Source: Chiloscyllium plagiosum
Taxonomy: Eukaryota
DNA length: 64,000 bases
Reading direction: 5' to 3'
Assembly: GCF_004010195.1 (NCBI RefSeq)
Contig: NC_057751.1
Span: 6,518,863-6,582,862, forward strand
This document shows positions 25,258 through 37,909 of the stretch, piece by piece. Below the pieces are notes generated by a model that was not told the origin of the DNA, did not search any database, and was given only the letters and a program-made list of their open reading frames with translations. The number at the start of each line of letters is the position of its first letter. Position 1 is the first letter of the stretch. A program made the position numbers and the translations under genes.

Positions 25258-25471
25258 GTAGAACAGAATAGAATAGAATAGAATCCCGACAATGTGGAAA
25301 CAGGACCTTTGTCCCAACAAATTCACACCGACCCTCCGAAGAGTAACCCACCCAGACCCATTCCCTATCCCTATTACTCTACATTTACCCCTGACTAATG
25401 CACCTAGCCTACACGACCCTGAACACTATGGGCAATTTAGCATGGCCAATTCACCTACCCTGCACATCTTC
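25258..25471 (-). mobile_element. HE1-type SINE 3' half with (TAGAA)n tail
   Basis: Tail and V-domain end. Confidence 0.85.
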
Positions 25472-25944
25472 TGTGTAGTGTGGAGGTATAGTTATAATAT
25501 TCCAGCTGAAGATGAGGCAACATTCTTTCTGTGCACAAATTGGTTGGTGCATTTCTGACAATACAGCTGCATACATTAATTCTTAATTGGTTGCAACATC
25601 CTCTGGGCCGATCTGATTTTATGACAGACTATTTCACAGCTATTTCTTGTTGGTGTGTTAACTTACTGACAACAATAACTAGACATTTATACTGGAGTGG
25701 CTGTTCACTTGAAGTGGTTGAACAGGGCTTGACAATATCTGAAAATCATCAGCTTTTTTATTTTTAATTTGTTAATCTGGCATTGCTAACAAAATATTTG
25801 AGTCCAGTTCTTCCATGAAAATGCTTGCTAATCACTGCTTCAAGTGTCGTTCTTCTTTCTTTTGTGCAAAAAAGGCCTTTTTTTAAAGTCTTAATTTATT
25901 GGCTTTTCAGTGTCCACAATATCACTTTGTGCTCTTTTAAAAAC

Positions 25945-26053
25945 AGCAGGTTTCTGATGAGAGGTCAGTGACCTGAGACCTGAAGGCTATTTCTCTCTCC
26001 ACTGACGCTGCCAGATTGACTGAGCACCTGCAGCCCTTCCTGCTTTTATTTCA
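25945..26053 (+). mobile_element. Old PLE-derived (MER6-like) fragment
   Basis: CTGATGAGAGGTCAGTGACCTGAGA...TTTCTCTCTCCACTGACGCTGCCAGA..TGACTGAG...TTTTATTTCA. Confidence 0.6.
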
Positions 26054-28438
26054 TGTACAGCAGAATTGAGTACAGTCTGCAGTTCTAGACTCTGATATGC
26101 TATCAGACTTTGCAGTGTTGTGCAGTATAACACTGATGAGAATGGAGAATTGGGAAGCCACCTGACAGGCTTTGGAATGAAGTCAAATCAAGATGTCAGG
26201 ACAGCACAGTTTGATGATTCAGTTGCTGTGTCTAGGGTATTGTTGGCTAAAGAGTAAATCCAATCCAGTTGTCCTGAATCAGCAAGCTTGACATTAACTG
26301 GATGACAAGCTCCATTCTACCATCTGTTACACACAACAGTAAAGCATGGAAATCTCTTATTGTTGATATTTTTTGTTAACTTCCTGAACCTTGCATCGTT
26401 TTTATAAAGTCAATCAGCAGACACAATCGACATGACTTTTAATAGAGATTTTCTATGACTCATCCTGCCTCTGCAATAATTCCAATATGTTTCAAAGTAA
26501 AAGCCTTGTTGGTTTCATTTTGCCTCTGAGTGAGAAGTTTGTGAACTCAAGCGCTGATACACAGATGTGGAGATTTAGACTGTGTTGAAAGGTCATTGTC
26601 AAAATGAAGTGACATATATATGATCTTCATCAAGTCAGCTATTTTGCAAACTAGCAACCTGCCAGTTTTGGGGGATATCTGAAGACCCTGTATTGTTCTT
26701 TGAAGAATAGTCAGGCATACCAATGGCAGCAACAGTTCCTTTCCCACAGATTGTCCAGATGTTGGCACCAAGGTTATTTTGGTCAGTCCTATCCAGTTGT
26801 GCAAAGTATTTGCAATCTCAGGCATGTTGCTGTTGCGAACAGATGCTGGACACAGTTCACAGTAGGGTAAAAAAATTGACTTGTGCTTTTTTAAGTATCC
26901 TGCTTTTTGCTAATACTACAAAGGACTTAGCATCAAATCTTATGCTTGCCATTTCATCTCTAACAGAGATAAAGTGTGGAGAACAGCAGGGAAAGGAGAA
27001 ATTGAAAATAAATCTAAAATGTAACCCAACTCACATAGATCCCTATGCATGCGGTGATTTACTGATATTCTGCATTAATGCAGACACGTTTGCACATCCT
27101 CCAATCCAAGAACACAGATGCATTTTAACTCATATCAGGAATACGTATTCACACAGGTGTTTACAAATGTGTTTTTGTATATTTTACTTTTTGACCTCAG
27201 GATGTAACAATAGTCATTGTTGTGGGAATCACAGCAGCTAATTTGCACTCAGAAACCTCCCACAATTAATGGTTCAATGATGATCAAGTAATTGTTTTCT
27301 TTCTGTTATTTTTGGGGTAAGTACTGGCAAGGACATACTCTTTTTTTTTAATGATTTCACGTAATATTTTATATCTGCCCAAGATTTCAATTTAATATCT
27401 CATGCAATTAAAACAATGTGGCAAAAGAAGCAGACAACACATGGCAAAGATGACAGGTGTATTATAAACAGAGGATTGTGAAAATTTGAAAAGCCAACAA
27501 AGAATGACCAAAAAGAATGAGAAAATGAACCAGTGGGAAAAATGAAAACAGACAGTAAGAGCTCCTTTCCAGATATAAAAAGAAAAGAAGGAAGCAAAAC
27601 AGTACAGTAATCGAGGGCTCTTTGCAAATGAAGCTGGTGAAGTAATAATGGGGATATAGCAAATGCCAAGGAGTCACATAACTACTTTGCATTAGTCTTT
27701 ACAGGACAGGACATCAATGACATACCAAAAATGTGTAATAATCAAAGGCTAAAGTGAGGAGAAGAAAATAAATACAACACACATCACTCATCAAATGATA
27801 CGAGTGGACTAAAGGCCAGAAATGAGATGCATCTAAGGATTGTCATGAAACTAGCTGTAGAGTGGATACACTTCTGATAACCTTCTTCGAATACTTAGGT
27901 TTTGGAAAAGTCCCAGAGGAATGAAAAACCTCCACTGTATCACCCTTCTTCAAAAGGGGAGGGAGAGAAAAAACACTTAACAACATGCCAGCTAATTTAA
28001 TATCTATCATTAAGAGAAAGTTAGAGTCAATTATAAAGGACGTAATATAAGGCACTTCGAAATATATAATGCAATGAAACAGAGTCATGGAGGGGAAATC
28101 ATTACTGCCAACATGATTAAATTCCTGGAAGAGGAAACAAGCAAGATAGATTAAGGGGAATCAGTAAACATGCAGTAATATATTTGGAATTCCAAAAGGC
28201 CTTCAAAAAGGTACCACACATGAAGGTACTTAATTAGATTAGAACCCATGGGTGTAGAATATTGACATAGATACAATATTGGCTATCCATTAAAAAGTGA
28301 GTTGGGAGAAAGGGGGCATTTTCAGAATGGCAAATTGGAACAAGTTGAATGCCAGAGGTAACAGTGCTGGCATGACAGTTATTTACAATATATATTAATG
28401 ACTTGGATGAGGGAAATTAAATTAACGGCACAAAAATA

Positions 28439-28579
28439 CAGAGGAACCTCGATTCTCCGAAGGACACAGGCAGGGAGTATTTTGTTTGGTTAATCGAATT
28501 TTGTTTAGCCAAGCATTTGGACTTTGCTGAATAATCCAATATTCAGATAATCAAATGCCGGATAATCGAGGTTCCTCTG
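28439..28579. mobile_element. MITE family 2 (TIR CAGAGGAACCTCGATT)
   Basis: TA|CAGAGGAACCTCGATTCTCCG ... CGGATAATCGAGGTTCCTCTG. Confidence 0.8.
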
Positions 28580-28844
28580 GAAATGGAAGCCAAGTAATGA
28601 GGATGACACAAAGAGTCTGCAGAGGAACATACTCAGGTGCAATGAATGGCCAAACATTTGGTCATCATGCATGAATCACAAAAGGTTTCTAAGTTCAGCG
28701 GGTAATATAGAAATTAAGTTGGTTGTTGACCTTTTAAAGGATGGAGTAGAAGAACAGGGAAATCTTCCCAAAACTGCGCAAGATGTGAGTCAAATCACAG
28801 CTGGAATACTGTGAATAGTTTTTGTTCCCTCATCTTAGGAAAGA

Positions 28845-29020
28845 TGTGGAGGTGCCGGTTTTGGACTGGGTGTACAAAGTTAAAGATCACAGGTTTTTGT
28901 CCAAGGGGTTTATTTGGAAGTAGTAGCTACCTGATGATGGCGCAGCAGTCAGAAAGCTAGTACTTTCAAATAGACCTGTTGGTTTATAACCTGGTGTTGT
29001 GTGATTTTTAACTTTGTCCA
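28845..29020. mobile_element. Palindromic PLE terminal-repeat element with hammerhead
   Basis: Inverted arms ACAAAGTTAAAGATCACA / TGTGATTTTTAACTTTGT; CTGATGA at 28931, GAAA at 28952. Confidence 0.75.
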
Positions 29021-29525
29021 TCTCAGAAAACGTACCAGCACTGGAGGCAGTCCGGAGAAAGTTCACGAGGTGGGTCTCAGGTTTGGAGGGATTTCCTCAT
29101 TAGGAGAAGGTGAATAGGATGGACTTAGAGTTTAGAAGAGTAAGAGGCAACCTCATTGAAACATTAAAAATTGTGAGGGGGGTTTGACAGGGTTGATACG
29201 GAGAGTTGTTTCCACTTCTTGGATCAGCTAGGATCAGGGGAAATTATCTCAGATGGTAACCCATTTTGCAGAGAGATCTTAGAAGAGAGATAAATTATGG
29301 AATTCTTGACTGCAGATGACTATAGAAGTTGGACTGTATATTCAAGGTTGAGACAGATAGATTTATAATTAGCAAGGGATTCAAGGGCGATGGGATAAAA
29401 CAGGAAACTGGAGTTGAGGATGATCAGATCAGCTGTGACTTCATTGAATGGTGGAGCAGACTCGATAGACTGAATAGCTGATTTATCTTCTTATGACTTT
29501 AGGTTATATGGCACTATTTTCTCTA

Positions 29526-29725
29526 CAAGTCGTTCTGCTATAATGTGATATTTGCTTTCCTCTGCAACTCCGCATGATAGAAAATCACGCTGTACAAGAT
29601 TGCTATAGGAAATTGCCATAGCTGTTCAGTAGAAAGTTCATGTTCTCCAAACAGCATCCACAATTCACCAATCGTGTTATAGCCAATTCATGTTAACGAA
29701 ACGCACATTGTACCAGAATGACCTG
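29526..29725. mobile_element. MITE family 1
   Basis: TA|CAAGTCGTTCTGCTATAATG ... CATTGTACCAGAATGACCTG|TA. Confidence 0.8.
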
Positions 29726-30929
29726 TACTTTTTTAAAAGCGGAGATAAGGTCCCAAGTCGAGAAAATGGACTTGAATCCATCATATTTTGATTAGAAATT
29801 AAAGTGATTACGCAGTGAGCCAGAGTTAACATCTGACAAGCGATTGAGATACATACTAAAGCATGAACTACTGTTGTAGAAGAAAGCTTATGGTAGAATC
29901 CTCTAAAGAAACACATGGGGAGGTTTTGATGGTGTGTGGTCAAACATAAAAGACTGTACTTTGCTGCAAATTTGAATGATAATCAGAGATTTAAGAATGG
30001 CACGACTGCATGAGTACACTGGAGAATAAATATTTCCAATTGGGATATTTACATTAGGTGTGGCGACTCAGTGTCCTGTGAGATGAATCATTCTAACTTC
30101 TCATTTTTTAATCACACCAGCCACCTTGTTTGATTTGAGCTTGTTTTGCCCTAATTTCATCTGGTTTTGGAAGCAGTCATGCAAGAAGTTGAAGAGTATA
30201 TTTAATATATGAAGCCAAGCAGTTGAGCCAATCTCCTTTCCTATTCCCTTTGTTAATTTACATAATATAGTTACACTTGGCTTGAGAAGTATTGGTTTGT
30301 TTTCATTATTGAGGGAATGATAGAAATTTGTATCAAGGAAAGAAAGACTTGTTGCAATTATTTTATCGTCCCCACATAATTCATTCTTGTCGTCAACGTG
30401 AAAATATTCTTGCTCATAGGTAGATTGTTTATTGTCTCCTGAGAATGTATGTATAGTTAGTACAACCATGACAGAGATTTTGTAATGAGAGGATGGGCAG
30501 CAGCCTCTTCTCAAATAATATTTATGAGTCTGTGCAACTGTCCAGCTGATAAATCAAAAAGAAGAGAAATTACTGTGTGTTGCTCTATGCTTTCCACTTC
30601 ATGCTATAAAAATGGATGGGGAGTTACATGAGGCAAAATGTCAGTTGTCCTTTAACAGCTTTTGTGTATTGATGATGATGGTAAATCCTGAACAAAGCAA
30701 TGATATGCAGTAGAATGGCAGACAAGGAATAAAGCTTTGCATATGACAAGGGCAAGGCACATTGACTTAGTTTTAGTTGCCACACAAGGCTGAAATAAAT
30801 ACCTCTCTGTCATGATACAATGATGAGAACAGTGTACTGTATTAAAAAAATACAGCCCGGAGAATTGGTCTGCAAACATTTTATGTGAATGCTGATGGAG
30901 TAGTTGCTTTCCTTTCAAATTGCACAGTT

Positions 30930-31266
30930 TGGCACGGAGACTCAGTGGTTGGCACTGCTGTCTCACAGCACCAGGGACCCGCCTTCAAATCTAGCCTCGG
31001 GTAACTATGTGGAGTTTGCACATTCTCCCCGTGTCTGCGTGGGTTTCCTCCGGGTGCTGTGGTTCCCTCCCACTGTCCAAAGATGCGCGGGTTAGGTAAA
31101 TTGGCTTTGTTGTATTACCCATAGTGTTCAGGAATGTGTAGGTTAGGTGTATTAGTCAGGGATAAATTAGTACAGGAATAGGTCTGGGTGGGTTACTCTT
31201 CGGAGAGTCGGTGTGTACTTGTTGGGCTGAAGGGCCTGTTTCCACACTGTAGGGATTCTATGATTC
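30930..31266 (+). mobile_element. HE1-type V-SINE
   Basis: A box, V domain, GGGCCTGTTTCCACACTGTAGGGATTCTATGATTCT tail. Confidence 0.9.
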
Positions 31267-31679
31267 TTTCATGTCTGAATGGTGAGTCCTGAAGCTCTTC
31301 AGATATTTGGCTTGGCTGATATTTCCATACAGCCAGCAAAGCATATAATGCCAGTAGGTGAAGGTCAGTCCAACTAATAGAATTGGTCTTAAGGGCTGGA
31401 GGAATTCTAAACATTGGATCTATCAAAACAAGAGTCAGACCAAGGTAGGGCAATGATTTCATGATGTTCATGGAAAGAAGGTTGAGTAGTGAAATAGAAA
31501 CTGAGGCACATAGCTTTTCTTTGTGGAGAGAGTTTATTGATATTTTCAGTCTTACTCTGTCTCATACCACACCCAGTGACAGAACTGTTCTATGTGCTTA
31601 AAGATAATGAATGCCCGCTACCTGTTTCTCTTAACAATCACACAAACAAACCTCAACAACATAATTGACCAAACTTGAA

Positions 31680-32800
31680 AACATGATGGCAAGGTAAAGC
31701 TGCTAGAGGAAATGGTGCAGATGATACACCAGATAGGTAGAGGGACAGGTAGCATTGAGGAAGCAGGGAGGCTGCAGAAAAATTTGGACAGGTAAGGAGA
31801 ATGGGCAAAGAAGTGGCAGATTGAGTACAATGTCAGAAAGTCTAAGGTCATGTACCTTGAAAGGAAGAATAGAGGCATAGAAAATTTTCTAAATGGGGAG
31901 AAAATTCAAAAGCCTGAAGTGCAAAGATACTTGGGAGTTCCAGTCCACGATTCAAAGGGAACTTGCAGGTTGAGTCAGTCGTTAGGAAGGCAAATGCACT
32001 GATGGAATTTATTTTGAGACGGCTTGAATATAAAAGCAGGGATTTACTTCTGAGGCTCTGTAAGGGTCTGGTCAGACCACATTTGGAGTATTGTGCGCAG
32101 TTTTGGGCCCCATATCTCTGGAAGGGTATGCTGGCCATGAAGTGTTCAGAGGAGATTTACAAGAATAATCCCAGGAATGAGAAGCTTAACAAATGAGGAA
32201 CGTTTGAGGACTCTGGGTCTATACTCAATGGAGTTAAGAAAGATGAGAGGGATCTAATTGAAACATACAGAATACTGAATGGCCTAGACAGATTGGATGT
32301 TGGGAAGATGTTTCCGTTAGTAGAAGAGACTACAACCCGAGGGCACAGCCTTAGAGTAAAGGGAAGATCTTTTAGAATGGAGATAAGGTGAAACTTCTTC
32401 AGCCAGAAAATGGTGAATTGATTGAATTCACTGCCACAGAAGGCTGTGGAGGCCAGGCCATTGAGTACATTTAAGATGGACATAGGTCCTAGGTTGTAAA
32501 GGGGATCAAGGGTTACGGGGAGAAAGTGGGAGGATGGGGTTGAGAATCTTATCAACTAAGATTGAATGGTGGGGCAGACTTGATGGGCTGAAAAGCCTAA
32601 CCTATGCTCCTATATCATATGGTTTTATGCTCTAAAGGCAGGCACAATTACAACATTTACGAGGCATCTGGATGGGTATATTAATAGGAAGGGTTTAGAG
32701 GGTGTTGGCCAAATGCTGACAGTGGGGACGAGGTCAGATTGGAATGACTGGTCAGCATGGATGAGATGGACCAAAGGCTCTGTTTCCCTGCTGATTCTAT
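31680..32800 (+). mobile_element. Two adjacent CR1 3' fragments
   Basis: VRKANALMEFILRRLEYKSRDLLLRLCKGLVRPHLEYCAQFWAPY; second 3'UTR at 32635-32800. Confidence 0.9.
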
Positions 32801-34549
32801 GTCTCTTATTTTCTTCTCCAAATGGCGTGCCGTGAATCTCTGATCAGAAATATGTGTGCATTTCCTGTCCACTACATTGTGGCTTTTGTATACAGAGCAG
32901 GGCTTGAAAAATGGGTGCAGTGCGGACCAGTTTCTAGACCAGTTTTTGAGTGAATCTGAGTAACTGTACCAGTCTACGAAGCATTGATATTTGCTGGGGA
33001 GTTCAGAGAACAGAATGGCATAAAGTGTGTTCTTTCAGACAGCTGCTGGAAGTGTGCTGCAAATAATACTGAGCAACAGAGCATGTTGAAGAATGTCAAG
33101 CTTAGGCAAATGAAGTCACTGAGGAATAGCTTGTGCATCCATTGTTCCTGAAGACCACAGAAGATGTTTGTCAGGCTTGCTGCATTTGTCAATGTCAACT
33201 TATTGCTACTGGTGTAAGCAATTAAAATGAAACAGAATATGTTTATTTCTGAGTACATTTTCTGTGCTTAATTTCCTATTCAAAGTTTTCATAGATTGGT
33301 AATGAACCATGTTTCGCCCGGAGTATGCAAATTGCCAACAGAAAGCATAGGAGCTCTGGCTCGGATGACAGTTTCTTTCAAGAAGCGACAAATAACCTTA
33401 ATGTGCTGAATCTTCAAAAAGAAAGCACAACATTAATTATTCTTGTCAGACAAGATGATATAGGAGAAAGCAATAACTTGCTTCTAAGTTCTCTGTCAAA
33501 GATTACGTAAATGGAAGATTTGCCACTGAGATACTAACATGTATTTGGTTTCCATGCTTTCATGTTTGTTCATTTATCTTGCTCTTATTTAACTATCTCC
33601 CACTGGTGACAAGTCCTTCCCTTATAAGGAGGGCACATTTCACAGCCACTGTAGGTCAATAAACCAAATATTTGCTTTGGCTTGATATATAATCTCTTTA
33701 ATCCCTTTTTTCCCTTTCACGACATGGGTATATTAGAAACTATCGGCTATACAGTGCCCAAAGAAGGTAAATCTGTCTGTACTAAGGTCGTACTTGGACC
33801 TTCCCCTCAAATCACTGCAACAGAGGTGACAGTTCCCCCTGTTCCAGGTACTGAGCAGAATGTCTCAATATTTTCAGAAGAAAATTAACAGTGTTGTTTT
33901 ACCCTATGATCTTATGTTGCATTAAAATTTTCATGAAACTTGCAGTTCACATCAAGTTGATAAATTATATTGCATCTCTGCCAGAAATGCAGTGACCACA
34001 CTGGATTGAATCACTTTAACAAGGATGGTTTTGAAATGTGCCTGCATTTCACGAAGTGATGTTCTTCTCTTTTATATTTTCACACCTCTTATTTCATTCA
34101 CTCATGACGCCTGGCTGTCAATGGAAAGGGAAGTATTTAGATCCTATCTGTAATTTCTGAACAAGTGAGCAGAGCATAACATAATTGTTACAGAAGGAGG
34201 TCATTTGAGCCCATTGTGACCTATTTGAGGACAATTGTGAGAAGTTCAACAAAGCCACTAATTTCATTTGAATCCCATGATTTAACATCAAGCATGCCAG
34301 AAGATATTTGCGTCTGGTCCACCTACAACTGGATTTCACCCTAACCCCCTTTGCCTTATGCAATATGTTGTCTTTCCTTGGGTTGGACAACTCTGAGGTG
34401 AAAGGACTTTTCTAATTTCTACACGTAAACATGTTTTAAAAATGTTGATGAAGAATTTGCTTTGGTCAGAATCATCATCTTTTAATATATTTCATCGGAA
34501 AAAAAACAACCAGAAAAAGAATGTTATGAACAAAGTATGAGGGACAACT

Positions 34550-34786
34550 ATGATTAGATTACATTACAGTGTGGAAACAGGCCCTTCGGCCCAACAAGTC
34601 CACACCGACCNNNNNNNNNNNNNNNNNNNNNNNNNNNNNNNNNNNNNNGGAGCACCCGGAGGAAACCCACGCAGACACGGGGAGAACGTGCAAACTCCAC
34701 ACAGTCAGTCGCCTGAGGCGGGAATAGAACCCGGGTCTCTGGCGCTGTGAGGCAGCAGTGCTCACCACTGTGCCACCGTGCCACCC
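34550..34786 (-). mobile_element. HE1-type SINE spanning a 38-N gap
   Basis: Head GGTGGCACGGTGGCACAGTGG on the minus strand; tail. Confidence 0.9.
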
Positions 34787-35560
34787 ACTCATTACGCCTG
34801 GAACATGTAATTAGATGGAATTGTAACACAGGAAAGGTACAGCTCATGTCATGTTCTGTACCTTGAAGAACTGACAACATTAAACATCAAATAATAGAAA
34901 AACATGATTCCATGATTTTTATAATTTTATCCAAAATGTATCTCATCTCAATACATCTTTGTGTACAGAACATTCATATGAGGCTTAAATTTGCCTTCCT
35001 CTTGCTTGATTTCAGCTCCTGACCTGATTGTTGTTTAATTTGAAAAAAGAAATCCCAATTCATTTTGTCCATGAAGTCCACTCTGATTTACCACCACCAA
35101 AAGGCTGAGCAGCTCACTGATCTCTGTTCTTTACAAACAACAGTGTCGATTCTTACAGTCCAACTGATTGAAATGTTATTTTCAAATGAAGTCAGCAAAC
35201 ATGGGAAATGTTTATTGATGCTTGATATAACTTGGTTCCAACCTGGATGGATTTTTAAAGTAAGATGCAGTCATGTCAGAGCCATGTGAGAAAATGAACC
35301 CATACGCAATTGTTAGATTCACTTATTTTCTGTTACCTTTTAAAAAGGTGTTTAAAAAGGTTGGAGACTCCTGGTATCTGTTATGAAAATGTCAATGTTC
35401 ATGTTCCTCAAAACTGATAACACTTAGTATACTGCTATTTAACCTGGTCACCCTGTATTGTTGGAAAGCAAAAATCTTACATGTGTCGATGTCTTTCTGT
35501 CAACCCTGTTATCATGCTTTGTATCATAGGACAGAGGCAGTCTGAGAGCAGACACTTTTC

Positions 35561-36711
35561 GAGTCATAGAGTCATAGAGATGTACAGCGTGGAAACAGAC
35601 CCTTCGGTCCAACCCGTCCAGGCCAATCAGATATCCCAACCCAATCTAATCCCACCTGCCAGCACCCGGCCCATATCCCTCCAAACCCTTCCTATTCATA
35701 TACCCATTCAAATGCCTCTTAAATGTTGCAATTGTACCAGCCTCCACNNNNNNNNNNNNNNNNNNNNNNNNNNNNNNNNNNNNNNNNNNNNNNNNNNNNN
35801 NNNNNNNNNNNNNNNNNNNNNNNNNNNNNNNNNNNNNNNNNNNNNNNNNNNNNNNNNNNNNNNNNNNNNNNNNNNNNNNNNNNNNNNNNNNNNNNNNNNN
35901 NNNNNNNNNNNNNNNNNNNNNNNNNNNNNNNNNNNNNNNNNNNNNNNNNNNNNNNNNNNNNNNNNNNNNNNNNNNNNNNNNNNNNNNNNNNNNNNNNNNN
36001 NNNNNNNNNNNNNNNNNNNNNNNNNNNNNNNNNNNNNNNNNNNNNNNNNNNNNNNNNNNNNNNNNNNNNNNNNNNNNNNNNNNNNNNNNNNNNNNNNNNN
36101 NNNNNNNNNNNNNNNNNNNNNNNNNNNNNNNNNNNNNNNNNNNNNNNNNNNNNNNNNNNNNNNNNNNNNNNNNNNNNNNNNNNNNNNNNNNNNNNNNNNN
36201 NNNNNNNNNNNNNNNNNNNNNNNNNNNNNNNNNNNNNNNNNNNNNNNNNNNNNNNNNNNNNNNNNNNNNNNNNNNNNNNNNNNNNNNNNNNNNNNNNNNN
36301 NNNNNNNNNNNNNNNNATCCTCCAACCCTGGCAACATCCTTGTAAATCTTTTCTGAACCCTTTCAAGTTTCACAACATCTTTCCGATAGGAAGGAGACCA
36401 GAATTGCACGCAATATTCCAACAGTGACCTAACCAATGTCCTGTACAGCTGCAACATGACCTCCCAACCCCTGTACTCAATACTCGGACCAATAAAGAAA
36501 AGCATACTAAACGCCTTCTTCACTATCCTATCTATCTGCGACTCCACTTTCAAGGAGCTATGAACCTGTACTCCAAGGTCTCTTTGTTCAGCAACACCCC
36601 CTAGGACCTTACCATTAAGTGTATAAGTCCTGCTAAGATTTGCTTTTCCCAAAATGCAGCACCTTGCATTTATCTGAATTAAACTCCATCTGCCACTTCT
36701 CAGCCCATTGG
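35561..36711 (-). mobile_element. CR1 3' portion spanning gap 35748-36316
   Basis: GKANLSRTYTLNGKVLG...LYRTLVRSLLEYCVQFWSPSYRKDVVKLERVQKRFTRMLPGLE. Confidence 0.92.
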
Positions 36712-37189
36712 CTGCTTAGAGTTTGGTCTGTCATGACATACTGTTCCACTCCAATGCATTCAGGAATTGAGAACTGCTCCCTGAAACATATTGTGACCAT
36801 TCATAACGTCAGACAAATTCCTAAACTTACACAAATTGTCTGCTCTCAGGTTGCCACTAGCTTCCAGTGCAGAAGTATAACAATATACAATCGTGGAAAA
36901 ATACCATTAAATGTACATTTATTGAAATGCTCGATGGGGCATTATGTAGAGTCAGTCTCGAGAAGAGCATCATTCTCATTTAAAACCATACTGGTGCAGA
37001 AAAATGCTTTGAGTTATAGGTACATTGAAGAAACCTTGACCCACAGTCCAATTTCGTTAATTGTATATGCAGTGTATTGCAAAGTAGCTCAGTGAGATCA
37101 AAAATTTACTCAGTTTTTCTCTTCAGTCACCACTTCTCCAATGAATATGATGACTGTTCATGGACTTAACAAAGTCCAAGGAATCAATT

Positions 37190-37520
37190 TGCAAGCACTT
37201 CTATCTCTGACTTAGAAGACTGTGTGTCTAATGCCAATCTGAGGTGAGGGTATATACTTTTCACTGACTTATGCACTGTTAATGTGCAGTTTCAGATGAA
37301 ATGTTAAATTCACAACCTATGCGGGTGTGTCTGACAAATCCAATTACACTATTTAATTAAGATAGGAAAGTCCTCTTGGTACCTTGGCTTGTGTTATGCT
37401 TTGACCAAGGCCAAACCTTTACTACGTTTCTATTAGTGGACCTTGCCATCTGCAAATGGCAGATGCCGTTATAATATTACAATGACTGCACTTCAAAACA
37501 CATTGGTTACAAAACACAAT
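37190..37520 (+). mobile_element. Deu-domain SINE, very decayed
   Basis: TTCAGATGAAATGTTAAA...GTGGACCTTGCC.TCTGCAAATGGC...ATGACTGCACTTCAAAA. Confidence 0.55.
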
Positions 37521-37909
37521 TAAAATTTTAAAGCTGCTTGCTAAAATTATTCAAATTTATTATTCACATTTCACAAGCTGTTAGGATAATGATAAATTAT
37601 GGAATATTGGCTGCGAATTCCTTTGACTCTTAATACCTGAGTCTTGCGTGGACTCAATTTTTTAAAAGGTTGCAATAAGGAACAAACAGTGGGCTGAATC
37701 TGACCAAGTTTTGCCAAAGTGCGCATCATGCGTAGTTTGTTAGAGTGATTCTTGCTGTGGGGCCAAATGGGTTTTCTTCCCGTATCTTAGCAAACTCGCT
37801 ACATAAATTACGGGTTGAGTCTTTTCAGCAGGAATCATACCATATCTCTGCCCCATCTTACTGTTCGGCGTTCTCAGAGGATCATTCCACTCAGCAGGAG
37901 TCTTCCATG

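Larger units (their letters stand above)
27410..29500 (+). mobile_element. Old CR1 LINE with nested MITE and PLE insertions
   Basis: Decayed ORF2 (LFKKGGRE, LEFQKAFKKVPH, LFTIYINDLDEG) through to the 3'UTR. Confidence 0.8.

Noticed and set aside
26723..27241. 172-aa plus-strand ORF
   Set aside because: No recognisable domain, and its end runs into a probable decayed SINE; likely chance.
35481..36652. Long ORFs of 215-314 aa
   Set aside because: Length comes from translated N runs; the real parts are CR1.
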